Source of the DNA: Acidimicrobiales bacterium
Lineage (GTDB): Bacteria; Actinomycetota; Acidimicrobiia; Acidimicrobiales; VFJN01
NCBI GenBank assembly: GCA_036563745.1
Contig: DATCLV010000514.1
Span: 1-27,961 of the forward strand
Length of the DNA: 27,961 nucleotides
Direction of reading: 5' to 3'
Part shown: piece after piece, positions 1 through 8,545 of the stretch
Numbering within the stretch: position 1 is the stretch's first letter
Layout of the letters: each line of letters begins with the position of its first letter
The notes under the pieces: model-generated
Told to the model about the DNA's origin: nothing
What the model saw: only the letters and a program-made list of their open reading frames with translations
Database searches by the model: none
Position numbers and translations under genes: made by a program

Positions 1-1107
1 ATGCCCAGCTCGCTGGCGCTCATCAACTCGGTCCACCACGGCGAGGCCCGCGCCCGGGCCATGGGCTGGTGGTCGATGGTGGCCGCCGGCGCCCCCGTGG
101 CCGGGCTGACCGTCGGCGCCCCCGTGATCGACGCCGTGGGCTGGCCGTCGCTGTTCCTCATGCAGGCGGCGCTCATGGTCGTGCCGGTGACCGCGTCGTG
201 GTGGGTGCTGCGGGAGACGCCGCGGCGCGAGGCGGGCTTCGACGCCGCCGGCGCCGCCCTCCTCGCCGTCGGGCTGGGGCCGCTGTTGCTGACGATCGAC
301 CAGGTGCGCGACTGGGGCGTCGTGGCCGCGCCGACCGTGGCGTGCCTCGCGGTGTCGGCGGTCGGGCTCGCGGCCTTCGCCAAGGTCGAGCGCCGGGCCG
401 CCCAGCCGCTCGTGCCGCCCGACTTCTTCCGCTCCCCCGGCACCCGGGCGTCGCTGGCCGGCTCGTTCCTGACCGGCGCCTCCTACATGGGCGCGTTCTT
501 CCTGGCGAGCCTGCTGCTGGTCCAGCAGTTCGACTACTCGCTCACCGGTGCGGTGCCGATCCTCAGCATCCGGCCGCTGCTGTTCGCCGCCACCTCCCCG
601 CTCGGCGGGTGGGCCACCGGCCGGTTCGGGAGCCGGGTGGCGGCGCTGGGCGGGTGCGTGGCGCTGGCGGGCGGGCTCGTCGGGCTGGCGCTCGGGTCGG
701 GGCTGTCGTCGCTGCTGGTGGTGGTCGTGGCCGGGTTCCTGCTGCAGGGCATCGGTTACGGGCTGCTGCGGCCCGCGATCTCGACGGCGCTGGCCGACGC
801 GGTCGACGACGGCGACCTCGGCATGGCGGGCGCGGCCGAGCGGCTGGCCGGGCAGCTCGGGGTCACGTTCGGGATCACGGTGATGGCGAGCGTCTACGCC
901 GGGGACGTCGATCGGTTCGCGGCGGCGTTCGCCGTGGGCGCGGTGCTCGCCGTCGTGGCCGCGGTGGTGGCGCTGGGGCTGCGCCGGCCGCCGGTGCGCA
1001 CCGGCGATGCGGCCGGCGCCGACGCCGCCCGGGACGTGCCGACGCCCGACGTCGCCGCCAGCGCCGGCGCTCCCCGCGCCCGGGCCGGAAACGCCCGGAT
1101 TTGTTGA
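1..1107 (+). CDS. MFS transporter (DHA2/EmrB-QacA-like), probably 5'-truncated by the window edge
   Basis: Many hydrophobic helices; starts in the middle of the N-terminal MFS bundle (SLALINSVHHGEARARAMGWWSMV, GLTVGAPVIDAVGWPSLF); typical C-terminal half (P.LVPPDFFR, GIGYGL, MAGAAERLAGQLG). TGA at 1105-1107. Confidence 0.88.
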   Translation: MPSSLALINSVHHGEARARAMGWWSMVAAGAPVAGLTVGAPVIDAVGWPSLFLMQAALMVVPVTASWWVLRETPRREAGFDAAGAALLAVGLGPLLLTIDQVRDWGVVAAPTVACLAVSAVGLAAFAKVERRAAQPLVPPDFFRSPGTRASLAGSFLTGASYMGAFFLASLLLVQQFDYSLTGAVPILSIRPLLFAATSPLGGWATGRFGSRVAALGGCVALAGGLVGLALGSGLSSLLVVVVAGFLLQGIGYGLLRPAISTALADAVDDGDLGMAGAAERLAGQLGVTFGITVMASVYAGDVDRFAAAFAVGAVLAVVAAVVALGLRRPPVRTGDAAGADAARDVPTPDVAASAGAPRARAGNARIC

Positions 1108-1133
1108 CGTTTTTGACCGAACCCCCGTAGCTT
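1104..1133 (+). promoter_or_regulatory. Candidate housekeeping sigma70-type promoter for the cutinase-like gene
   Basis: TTGACG (1104-1109), 18 nt, TAGCTT (1128-1133) in an AT-rich island; purine-rich RBS-like GGGGGA just before ATG 1170. Confidence 0.55.
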
Positions 1134-1169
1134 ATTGACCCTTCAGGGGGACAGATCAGGGGGATCGCC

Positions 1170-2012
1170 ATGCGCACGCTCGTCCGGAGGGGCCTCCGGC
1201 CCCTGCTGGTGCTCACGCTCGCCGTGGGGCTGCTCGGCGGCTGCTGGCCGTCGGTCGGCACCAACTTCGCCGACCCGGGGCCCTACGGCACCGCGATCAT
1301 CAGCGACGCCGACCACACGTTCTTCTACCCGACCCCGCTCCGCGACGACGGCACCGGCATCAAGCACCCCGTGATCGTGTGGGGCAACGGCACGTTCCTC
1401 ACGCCGATGAACTACGAGGGCCTGCTCCGGCACTTCGCCTCGCACGGGTTCATCGTCGCCGCCGCCAACACCACCAACGCCGGCTCGGGCAACGAGATGA
1501 TCGCCGGGCTCGACAAGCTGGCGGGCTACGACGCCACCCCGGGCCACGTGTTCCACGACAAGGTCGACCTGACGATGGTCGCCACCATGGGCCACTCCCA
1601 GGGCGGCCTCGGCGCCACCAACGCCGCCCGCGACCCGCGGGTCCGCACGGTCGTCGCCATCCAGGGCGCCGGCGGCGACCTCAGCTCGTACGACGGCAGC
1701 GTGCTGTTCCTGTCCGGCTCGGCCGACACGATCGTCCCGTCGGGCGCGATCCAGAGCCTCTACGAGCAGGTCGCCGGCCGCATCCCCGCCGCCTACGGCG
1801 ACCTGGCCGGCGCCGACCACTTCCAGCCGATCGGCAACGGCAACGCCTACCGCGGCCACCTCACCGCCTGGGTGCGCTGGCAGCTGATGCACGACCGGAT
1901 CGCCGGCAACCAGTTCGTGGGCGAGTGCGCCTACTGCGACAACCCGCTCTGGACCACCTACCTCACCAACCCGCAGCTGCGGGCGATGGCTCCCGGCACG
2001 CCGGGGAGCTGA
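1170..2012 (+). CDS. Secreted/lipoprotein alpha/beta hydrolase, Pseudomonas mendocina cutinase/lipase-like
   Basis: Signal peptide with LGGC lipobox-like motif (Cys25); WGNGT oxyanion motif; GHSQGG nucleophile (Ser143); SADT (Asp186); ADHF (His217); C-terminal CAYC. Confidence 0.85.
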   Translation: MRTLVRRGLRPLLVLTLAVGLLGGCWPSVGTNFADPGPYGTAIISDADHTFFYPTPLRDDGTGIKHPVIVWGNGTFLTPMNYEGLLRHFASHGFIVAAANTTNAGSGNEMIAGLDKLAGYDATPGHVFHDKVDLTMVATMGHSQGGLGATNAARDPRVRTVVAIQGAGGDLSSYDGSVLFLSGSADTIVPSGAIQSLYEQVAGRIPAAYGDLAGADHFQPIGNGNAYRGHLTAWVRWQLMHDRIAGNQFVGECAYCDNPLWTTYLTNPQLRAMAPGTPGS

Positions 2013-2156
2013 CCACCGACCGCGGCCGCCAGACCCGGATCCGGCCCGGTCTCCGGGCGTTCCCGCCCGGTTTCCGGGCCTTTCCGGACCCGCCGTGACC
2101 ACCGTGCGCCCCGGCGCCGCGTTCAGCGGCCCGGGCGTGCGGGTAGGCCATCGACC

Positions 2157-3761
2157 ATGCCGTCGCTGTGGACCGAGGAGGGGGACGCCGCAGCTGCGTT
2201 CCCGGCGCTGGACCGGGAGCGATCGGCGGACGTGGTCGTGGTGGGCGCCGGCATCGCCGGCCTCCTCATCGCCCGCCGCCTCACCGACGACGGGGCCGAG
2301 GTCATCGTGCTCGAGCGCGACCGCGTCGCGGGCGGCGTCACCGGCCACACCACCGCCAAGGTGACCGCCCTCCACGGGGCGCTCTACCAGCGGCTGCGGT
2401 CCGGCAAGGGCGCCGACGCGGCCGCCGCCTACGCCGACGCCCAGCAGCGGGGCGTCGAGCGCATCGCCGACCTGGTGGCCGAGCTCGGCATCGCCTGCGA
2501 CCTCACCCGGGCCCCGGCGTGGACCTACGCCACCACCCCCGACGGCCGCGCCGAGGTCGAGGCCGAGGTCGCCGCGGCCCAGGCGGCGGGGCTCCCCGCC
2601 CGGTTCGCCGACCCCGACGAGCTCCCGTTCGCCACGACCGGCGGGGTCGAGCTCCCGGACCAGGCGCACCTTCAGCCGGTGGCGTTCTGCCACGGCCTGG
2701 CCGCCTCCCTGCCCGACGTGTACGAGCGGACCGCGGTGACCGGCATCGAGACCGAGCCCGGCGGCGTCGAGGTCCGGACCACCACCGGGCACCGGGTGGG
2801 CGCCAACCACGTGGTGATCGCCACCCACGCACCGATCGCCGATCCGGGCTTCCTCAGCAACCGGATGCGGCCCAGCCGGTCGTACGCCGTCGCCCTCGAC
2901 CTCGGCGACAGCCCGGTGCCGCAGGGCATGTACCTGCGGGTCGAGTCGCCCACCCACTCGCTGCGACCCGCCCGGCGCGACGGGCGCCCGGTGCTGGTGG
3001 CCGGCGGCTACGGCCACGGGGTGGGCGACGCCGACACCGCCGAGCACGCCGCCCGCCTGGAGGCGTGGGCCCGCCACGCGTTCCCGGGCGCCGACGTGAC
3101 CGACCGCTGGTCGGCGCACGACCAGATGTCCAGCGACGGCGTGCCGTTCGTGGGGCGGCTGGCGCCGGGCGAGTCGCGCCGGTGGGTGGCGACCGGGTTC
3201 GGCAAGTGGGGCTTCACCAACGCGGCGGTGGCGGCCGAGCTGATCGCCGACGGCATCGCCGGGCGCCACCCGCAGCAGCCGCTGGCGTCGCTGCTCGACG
3301 CGAGCCGCGTGCGGGGCAGCCTCAGCCGCTCGCTGCTGCGCGGCGCGGCCCGGGCGGCCCGGCACTTCGTCGGCGACCGGGTGAGCGCCCGGCGGGCGGG
3401 CCGGCGCCTGGGCCGCGAGCCCGTGCCCCAGCTCGTCGACGGCACGGCGGAGCCGGCCGCCGGGGGCGCCGGGGGCGCCGACGCCACGGGCGCCCGGACC
3501 GGCGCCGCGGCGCTGGCCGAGCACCTGGCGCCCGGCGAGGGCGTGGTCGTCCACGTCGAGGGCACGGCGACCGCGGTGTGCCGCGCCGACGACGGCGCCG
3601 TGCACCGGGTGAGCGCCCGCTGCACGCACCAGGGCTGCCTGGTGGCGTTCAACACCGCCGACACGACGTGGGACTGCCCGTGCCACGGGTCGCGGTTCGC
3701 CGCCGACGGTGCCGTCCTCCAGGGCCCGGCCACCGCGCCGCTCGCGCCGATCGAGCCCTGA
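2157..3761 (+). CDS. FAD-dependent oxidoreductase with C-terminal Rieske [2Fe-2S] domain (YhfW/PuuB-like)
   Basis: VVVVGAGIAG dinucleotide fold, GGVTGHTTAKVT, ATGFGKWGFTN; Rieske ligands CTHQGC and CPCHGS. Confidence 0.9.
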   Translation: MPSLWTEEGDAAAAFPALDRERSADVVVVGAGIAGLLIARRLTDDGAEVIVLERDRVAGGVTGHTTAKVTALHGALYQRLRSGKGADAAAAYADAQQRGVERIADLVAELGIACDLTRAPAWTYATTPDGRAEVEAEVAAAQAAGLPARFADPDELPFATTGGVELPDQAHLQPVAFCHGLAASLPDVYERTAVTGIETEPGGVEVRTTTGHRVGANHVVIATHAPIADPGFLSNRMRPSRSYAVALDLGDSPVPQGMYLRVESPTHSLRPARRDGRPVLVAGGYGHGVGDADTAEHAARLEAWARHAFPGADVTDRWSAHDQMSSDGVPFVGRLAPGESRRWVATGFGKWGFTNAAVAAELIADGIAGRHPQQPLASLLDASRVRGSLSRSLLRGAARAARHFVGDRVSARRAGRRLGREPVPQLVDGTAEPAAGGAGGADATGARTGAAALAEHLAPGEGVVVHVEGTATAVCRADDGAVHRVSARCTHQGCLVAFNTADTTWDCPCHGSRFAADGAVLQGPATAPLAPIEP

Positions 3762-3796
3762 ACCCGGCCTGCCCCGTCGAACCTGCCCCCGAACCG

Positions 3797-3844
3797 AACC
3801 TGCCTCCGGAACGGGGTCCAGGGACCCCGTTCCGGAGGCAGGTT
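3797..3844. repeat. Perfect 23-bp inverted repeat between convergent genes (REP-like element / bidirectional terminator)
   Basis: AACCTGCCTCCGGAACGGGGTCC (3797-3819), AG, GGACCCCGTTCCGGAGGCAGGTT (3822-3844). Confidence 0.85.
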
Positions 3845-3855
3845 GCAGAAGGTGG

Positions 3856-4986
3856 CTAGGCGGCGGGGGCCGGGACGAGCTCCCGGAGGGCCGGGACGAC
3901 CTCGGTGGCGTACAGCCGGATCGACTCGGCGTTGGCCGCGTCGGGCACGCCCGGATAGGTGAGCCGGCTGGCCAGGTGGCCGGCGGCCTCGGGCGGCAGG
4001 GCCCCGAGCACCTCGACGAACGGGGCGAGCTTGGCCACCACCTCCTCGGGGGTGCCGATGACGAGGGCGTGGCCGAGCTTCTCGTCGTCGTGGGCGATCG
4101 CCCGCCCCGGGTCGGCCGCCTCCCACTCGTCGCCCGGCCGCCAGGCCCGCACGCCCGAGCCGCCGGCCCCGGTCTCGTCGGCCTTCCAGGTCCGGGACTG
4201 CCCCTGGAGCTGGCGGAGCCCGGGCGCCACGATCTCGGCGGCGTCGCGGGCGGCCACGAACGTGAGGGTCGACTGGGCGACGGCGAAGTCGCGGCGGCCG
4301 GTCTCCTCCCGGATCCAGTCGATCCGGCGCTGCAGGCCGCCGGCGCCCATCTGCGGGGCGATGTAGCCGTCGGCGTGGCGCCCGGCCCGGCGCACGGCCG
4401 GCTCGACGAACCCCCCGACCCACACGGGCGGCCCGCCGTCCTGGAACGGGAGCGGGCTGGTGGGGACGACCTCGTCGGGGTCGAGGACCCCGACGCCCGA
4501 CAGCTGCCCGGTGGCCTGCTGGCGGAGGACCCGGATGCACTCGAGCAGCCGGGGGACCCGGTGGCGGCGGCGCAGGCCGAGGCCCTCGAACTCGACGTCG
4601 CGGTAGCCGGTGCCGAGGCCGAGGATGAGCCGCCCGCCGCTGAGCTGGTCGACGACGGCGGCCTCCTCGGCGAAGCGGACGGGGTCCCACATGGAGGCGA
4701 GGAGGATGTCGGTGCCGACCGTGACGCGCTCGGTCCGCTCGGCGATGGCGGCGAGCGCGACGAGCGGGGCCGGCAGGTAGCCGTCGGCGCTGAAGTGGTG
4801 CTCGCAGGTCCACACGGCGTCGAGTCCGTGCTCCTCGGCCAGCACGGCGTGCTCGACGACGTCGCGCAGCGCCCGGTGGTAGCCGGCGGGGCTGGTGTCG
4901 GCGGCGTGGGCCGACAGGCCGCTGAGCCCGAACGTCAGCCCGGGTTGCACCGCGCCGCGGTGCGGGGTCGGGGTCGGGTTGGCCAC
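3856..4986 (-). CDS. Luciferase-like (LLM class) flavin-dependent oxidoreductase
   Basis: WTCEHHFSADGYLPAP, AIAERTERVTVGT, DQLSGGRLILGLGTGYRDVEF. Start reassigned to GTG 4986 (RBS GGGGAG) instead of 5097. Confidence 0.9.
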   Translation of the reverse strand: MANPTPTPHRGAVQPGLTFGLSGLSAHAADTSPAGYHRALRDVVEHAVLAEEHGLDAVWTCEHHFSADGYLPAPLVALAAIAERTERVTVGTDILLASMWDPVRFAEEAAVVDQLSGGRLILGLGTGYRDVEFEGLGLRRRHRVPRLLECIRVLRQQATGQLSGVGVLDPDEVVPTSPLPFQDGGPPVWVGGFVEPAVRRAGRHADGYIAPQMGAGGLQRRIDWIREETGRRDFAVAQSTLTFVAARDAAEIVAPGLRQLQGQSRTWKADETGAGGSGVRAWRPGDEWEAADPGRAIAHDDEKLGHALVIGTPEEVVAKLAPFVEVLGALPPEAAGHLASRLTYPGVPDAANAESIRLYATEVVPALRELVPAPAA

Positions 4987-5019
4987 GGCTTGCTCCCCCT
5001 GGGTCCTCGATGACGCATC

Positions 5020-5037
5020 CCAAGCAAATGCTAGGTT
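5020..5037. promoter_or_regulatory. Shared operator site A (divergent LLM / SnoaL promoter)
   Basis: CCAAGC-AAAT-GCTAGG-TT; overlaps TANNNT -10 candidates on both strands (TAGCAT minus 5033-5028; TAGGTT plus 5032-5037). Confidence 0.7.
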
Positions 5038-5111
5038 GGGACGAAGGGCACGGTACGACCGCCCGGCGGGGCCGTCAACCGGTCCCGCCCGCCGCACCCG
5101 GGAGGAACTCG

Positions 5112-5579
5112 ATGTCCCGACTCGACGACGTCCACGCCATCGAGCAGCTCCTCTACCGCTACGCGGTGGCGATCGACACCCGTGACCTGGCCGCGCTCGA
5201 CGCCGTCTTCACCCCCGACGCCTGGCTCGACATGAGCGTGGCGGGCACGCTGACCCCGGCCGAGTACCGGGCCAAGGCCGCGACGGTGCTGGCCGACCTC
5301 GACGCCACCCACCACCTGCTGGCCAGCCCGCTCGTCGAGGTGGCCGACGACGGCACGACCGCCACCGCCCACTGCTACTACCAGGCCCAGCACGTCCGGA
5401 ACGACTGCCCCGGCGGGCCGCTGCTGCTGATCGGCGGGTGGATCGACGACGAGCTGGTGCGCACCCCGGAGGGCTGGCGGATCACCCGGCGCCGCGGGCG
5501 GGCCGTGTGGTTCGACGGCAACCCGGCGGTGCTGGGGCTCGACGTCCGGGTGCCGGGCGGCCGCCGGCCCGTCGACTGA
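5112..5579 (+). CDS. SnoaL-like / NTF2-family protein
   Basis: AIEQLLYRYAVAIDTRDL..L..VFTPDA, THHLLASPLVEV..D.ATAHCY.QAQH, YxD-like WIDDELVRTPEGWRI; RBS GGAGGA at 5101-5106. Confidence 0.88.
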   Translation: MSRLDDVHAIEQLLYRYAVAIDTRDLAALDAVFTPDAWLDMSVAGTLTPAEYRAKAATVLADLDATHHLLASPLVEVADDGTTATAHCYYQAQHVRNDCPGGPLLLIGGWIDDELVRTPEGWRITRRRGRAVWFDGNPAVLGLDVRVPGGRRPVD

Positions 5580-5676
5580 CCGACGTCGCCCCACGCCGAC
5601 CGACCACGACCGAGAGCGACCACCGCGACGACGACCGGCCGCGGCAGGGTTGACGCCGACCCCGCCGCACGGCCAG

Positions 5677-5697
5677 TTGATCAAATGCTTGGTTGGG
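5677..5697. promoter_or_regulatory. Shared operator site B (amidohydrolase promoter)
   Basis: ATCAAATGCTTGGT (5680-5693); CAAATGCTTGGTTGGG (5682-5697) is 15/16 identical to site A (5025-5040); TTGACG -35 candidate at 5650-5655. Confidence 0.65.
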
Positions 5698-5774
5698 CGT
5701 ACCGTGGCACCGAGCGACGACGAGGCCCGGCCGGCGCACGGCCGCGGCCGGCGAGGCACAGGGGAAGAGTCCTG

Positions 5775-7052
5775 ATGAGCATGACCAGCGAGCGGCCGCG
5801 CCACGAGCTGCTGCCGGAGCCGGAGCCCGAGACCATCCGCTACCCGGTCATCTCCGTCGACGACCACGCCGTCGAACCACCCGACCTGTTCACCTCCCGG
5901 CTGCCCGCCCGCCTCCGGGACGCGGCGCCCCGCGTCGTCGAGGACGAGCGCGGCGACCAGCACTGGCAGATCGGCGACGAGCGCATCCGCATCGGCATCC
6001 AGGGCATGTCCGCCGTGGGCCTGCCGCCCGACAAGCGCACCTACGACGCCATCCGCTACGACGAGATGTGGCCCGGCGCCGTGTCCATCGACGCCCGCGT
6101 GCGCGACATGGACCTCTGTGGCGTCGCCGCCGCCGTGAACTTCCCGTCGACGATCTTCGGCTTCTCGGGGCGGCGGCTGGCCGACATCCCGGACCGCGAG
6201 GTGGGCCTGGCCTGCTTCGAGGCCTACAACGACTGGACCAACGACTACGCCGACGAGCACCCCGGCCGGTTCGTCAAGCAGGGCATCGCCTGGCTGCACG
6301 ACGTCGACGTCGCCGCCGAGCAGGTGCGCCGCAACGCCGAGCGGGGCTTCACCGCCCTGTCGTGGACCGAGAACCCCGAGCGCCTCGGCCTCCCCTCCCT
6401 GTACTCGGGCTACTGGGAGCCGCTGTTCACCGCCTGCGAGGAGACCGGCACCGTGCTCGACCTCCACGTCGGCTCCGGCGCCCTCACGATGGTGCCGTCC
6501 TCCCAGACGCCGGCCCCCGCCCACTCGGTGATGTTCCCGGCCAACGGGATGATGACCGCCGTCGACTGGATCTTCGCCGGCATCCCGTCCCGGCACCCCG
6601 ACCTGAAGATCGTGTTCTCGGAGGCGGGCATCGGCTGGGCCCCGATGGTGCTGGAGCGCATGGAGCGCCAGGAGGCCCGCGGCCGCCTCAACCCGGACGG
6701 CTGGCCGGCGCCCGAGGAGGGCAACATGTTCACCCGGCCGTTCGAGCCGCTGCCCGAGCCGATGGCCGACGCGTTCCGCCGCAACTACTACTTCGCCACG
6801 CTCGGCGAGCCGCTGCTGCTGCGCCTCCGGGACGCCATCGGCATCGACCACATCATGATGGAGTGCGACTACCCGCACACCGACGCCCTCTTCCCGTACG
6901 TGCAGGACACCGTGGTCAACAGCACCGACGGCTGCACCGAGGAGGAGATCCACCGCCTGGCGTGGGCCAACGCCTCCCGGCTCTACCGGCACCCGCTGCC
7001 CGACCTGCCCGGGTTCCCGGCGGTGCCGGAGCACCTGAAGCCGGCGCTCTGA
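5775..7052 (+). CDS. Amidohydrolase_2 family metal-dependent protein
   Basis: ISVDDHAVEPPDLF, RVRDMDLCGV, AYNDW, LDLHVGSG, FSEAGIGW, MECDYPHTD. Start moved to ATG 5775 (or 5781). Confidence 0.88.
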   Translation: MSMTSERPRHELLPEPEPETIRYPVISVDDHAVEPPDLFTSRLPARLRDAAPRVVEDERGDQHWQIGDERIRIGIQGMSAVGLPPDKRTYDAIRYDEMWPGAVSIDARVRDMDLCGVAAAVNFPSTIFGFSGRRLADIPDREVGLACFEAYNDWTNDYADEHPGRFVKQGIAWLHDVDVAAEQVRRNAERGFTALSWTENPERLGLPSLYSGYWEPLFTACEETGTVLDLHVGSGALTMVPSSQTPAPAHSVMFPANGMMTAVDWIFAGIPSRHPDLKIVFSEAGIGWAPMVLERMERQEARGRLNPDGWPAPEEGNMFTRPFEPLPEPMADAFRRNYYFATLGEPLLLRLRDAIGIDHIMMECDYPHTDALFPYVQDTVVNSTDGCTEEEIHRLAWANASRLYRHPLPDLPGFPAVPEHLKPAL

Positions 7053-7121
7053 CCCCGGCGACCGGTCGAGGCCGCGGCGCCGATCGGGCGGCTCGTCACC
7101 CGGACCCGGCAGCGCCGCCGA

Positions 7122-8045
7122 TCAGGCCGGCGCGTGGCGGCGGAACGCCTCGACCAGCGCGCCGCACGCCGCGGCCGGGTCGTCGGCGGCGCCGGGCGCC
7201 AGCCGCAGGTCGACGCGGACGTCGGTCACCCCCGCCGCCACCAGGCGGGGCACCGACGCCATGCTCCCGTCGAGGTCGGGGCGCCCCCCGCCGTCGCGGG
7301 CCACCTCGACCGGCGCCCGCACCTGCAGCGCACCCGGGTCCCGGCCGGCGCCCTCCAGCGCCCGGCGCAGCCGGTCGACCCCGGCCCGGATCTCGTCGAG
7401 CGACGCGCCCATGATCGGGATCCAGCCGTCGCCCAGGCGGGCGATCCGGTCGACGTTGCGCCGGTGCAGCACGCCCGAGAACAGCACCGGCAACCGCGCC
7501 TGGACCGGCTGCGGGGCGCAGAACGTGTCGTCGAAGCGCACGGCGGCCGACGAGAACGACGCCGGCAGGTCCTCCCACAGCGCCCGGCACGCGGCGACCA
7601 CGTCGGTCAGCAGCTCGCCCCGGCGGTCGAAGTCGAGCCCGACCGCGTCGAACTCCTCCCGCTGCCACCCCACCCCGACGCCGAGGTCGAGGCGACCGCC
7701 GGTGAGCTGGTCGACGGTGGCCGCGGTCTTGGCCAGCAGGGCCGCCGGCCGCAGCGGGGCCACCAGGATCCCGGTCGCCAGCCGCAGCCGCTCGGTCACC
7801 GCACCCACCGCCGCCAGGACGGTCAGCGGCTCCAGCCACGGCGCCTCGGGCGGGTAGGGGAACGGGCCCCAGGCGTACTCGTGGGTGTTGCGGCCCATCA
7901 CCACGTGGTCGACCACCACGACGCGGTCGACGCCGGCGGCCTCGGCGGCGCGGGCGAGGTCGAGCAGTTGGCGCCAGCCGGCCTCGGGCCGGGGACCGAA
8001 GTTGGGGAGGCCGACGGTGAGCGTCGGGGTCACGGTCACGGTCAC
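7122..8045 (-). CDS. LLM class oxidoreductase (Rv2161c / TIGR03619-like subfamily)
   Basis: VDHVVMG, EPLTVLAAVGAVTERLRLATGILVAPLRPAALLAKTAATVDQLTGGRLDLGVGVGWQREEF, DGWIP. GTG 8045 overlaps the upstream TGA (GTGA). Confidence 0.9.
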   Translation of the reverse strand: MTVTVTPTLTVGLPNFGPRPEAGWRQLLDLARAAEAAGVDRVVVVDHVVMGRNTHEYAWGPFPYPPEAPWLEPLTVLAAVGAVTERLRLATGILVAPLRPAALLAKTAATVDQLTGGRLDLGVGVGWQREEFDAVGLDFDRRGELLTDVVAACRALWEDLPASFSSAAVRFDDTFCAPQPVQARLPVLFSGVLHRRNVDRIARLGDGWIPIMGASLDEIRAGVDRLRRALEGAGRDPGALQVRAPVEVARDGGGRPDLDGSMASVPRLVAAGVTDVRVDLRLAPGAADDPAAACGALVEAFRRHAPA

Positions 8046-8545
8046 GTCGCGCCCGGCGTCGGGAAGCCGTCGACGGTGTCGTGCCGGGTCCACTGGCGGC
8101 GGACCTCGCGCCGGGCGAACCGCCACCGCCCGGTCGCGTCCCGGGCGTAGCGGTCGAGGTAGCGGATGCCCATGACGTGGTCGTCGTAGCGGCCGTCGCC
8201 GGTGGGGGTGAGGTGGTGGCCGACGCAGGCGGCCTCGCCGGTCGCCGTGTCGGCCGCGGTGTCGGCACCCCCGCCGTCGCCCGGCGTGTCGTCGAGCCGG
8301 CACACGTGGTTGCCCACCAGGTGGAACGTGAGGACGTAGCGGCGCCGGAGGATCGTGATCACCCGGGCGATCTCGTCGACGCCCCGGTGGTCGCCCTCGG
8401 GTGGCCCGTCGCCGGCGTGGGTGGTGAGCCGGGCGTCCGGCAGCCACAGGCTGCGGAACGCGGCCTCGTCCCGGCGGTCGACCGCCGAGGCGTACACGTC
8501 GACCAGCTCGCGCAGCGCCAGACGGTCCTCGATCGGCAGGGTCAC
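8042..8545 (-). CDS. SnoaL-like / NTF2-family protein
   Basis: EDRLALRELVDVYASAVDRRD..AF..LW.PDA, TFHLVGNH, GIRYLDRY.R...GRWRF. GTG 8545 overlaps the upstream TGA. Confidence 0.88.
   Translation of the reverse strand: MTLPIEDRLALRELVDVYASAVDRRDEAAFRSLWLPDARLTTHAGDGPPEGDHRGVDEIARVITILRRRYVLTFHLVGNHVCRLDDTPGDGGGADTAADTATGEAACVGHHLTPTGDGRYDDHVMGIRYLDRYARDATGRWRFARREVRRQWTRHDTVDGFPTPGAT

Noticed and set aside
1143-1164. TCAGGGGGA direct repeat and three TTGAC copies upstream of the cutinase gene
   Set aside because: Explained by the promoter -35 and a duplicated RBS-like tract; too short to call an operator.
2030-2095. Degenerate TTTCCGGGC-like repeats after the cutinase gene
   Set aside because: Short, irregular and GC-rich; no spacers or consistent period, so not a CRISPR array or a convincing terminator.
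5580-5774. 195-bp intergenic region with many CGACC repeats as an sRNA or small ORF
   Set aside because: No stable long stem, riboswitch-like signature or credible RBS-start pair seen; the only clear signal is site B.
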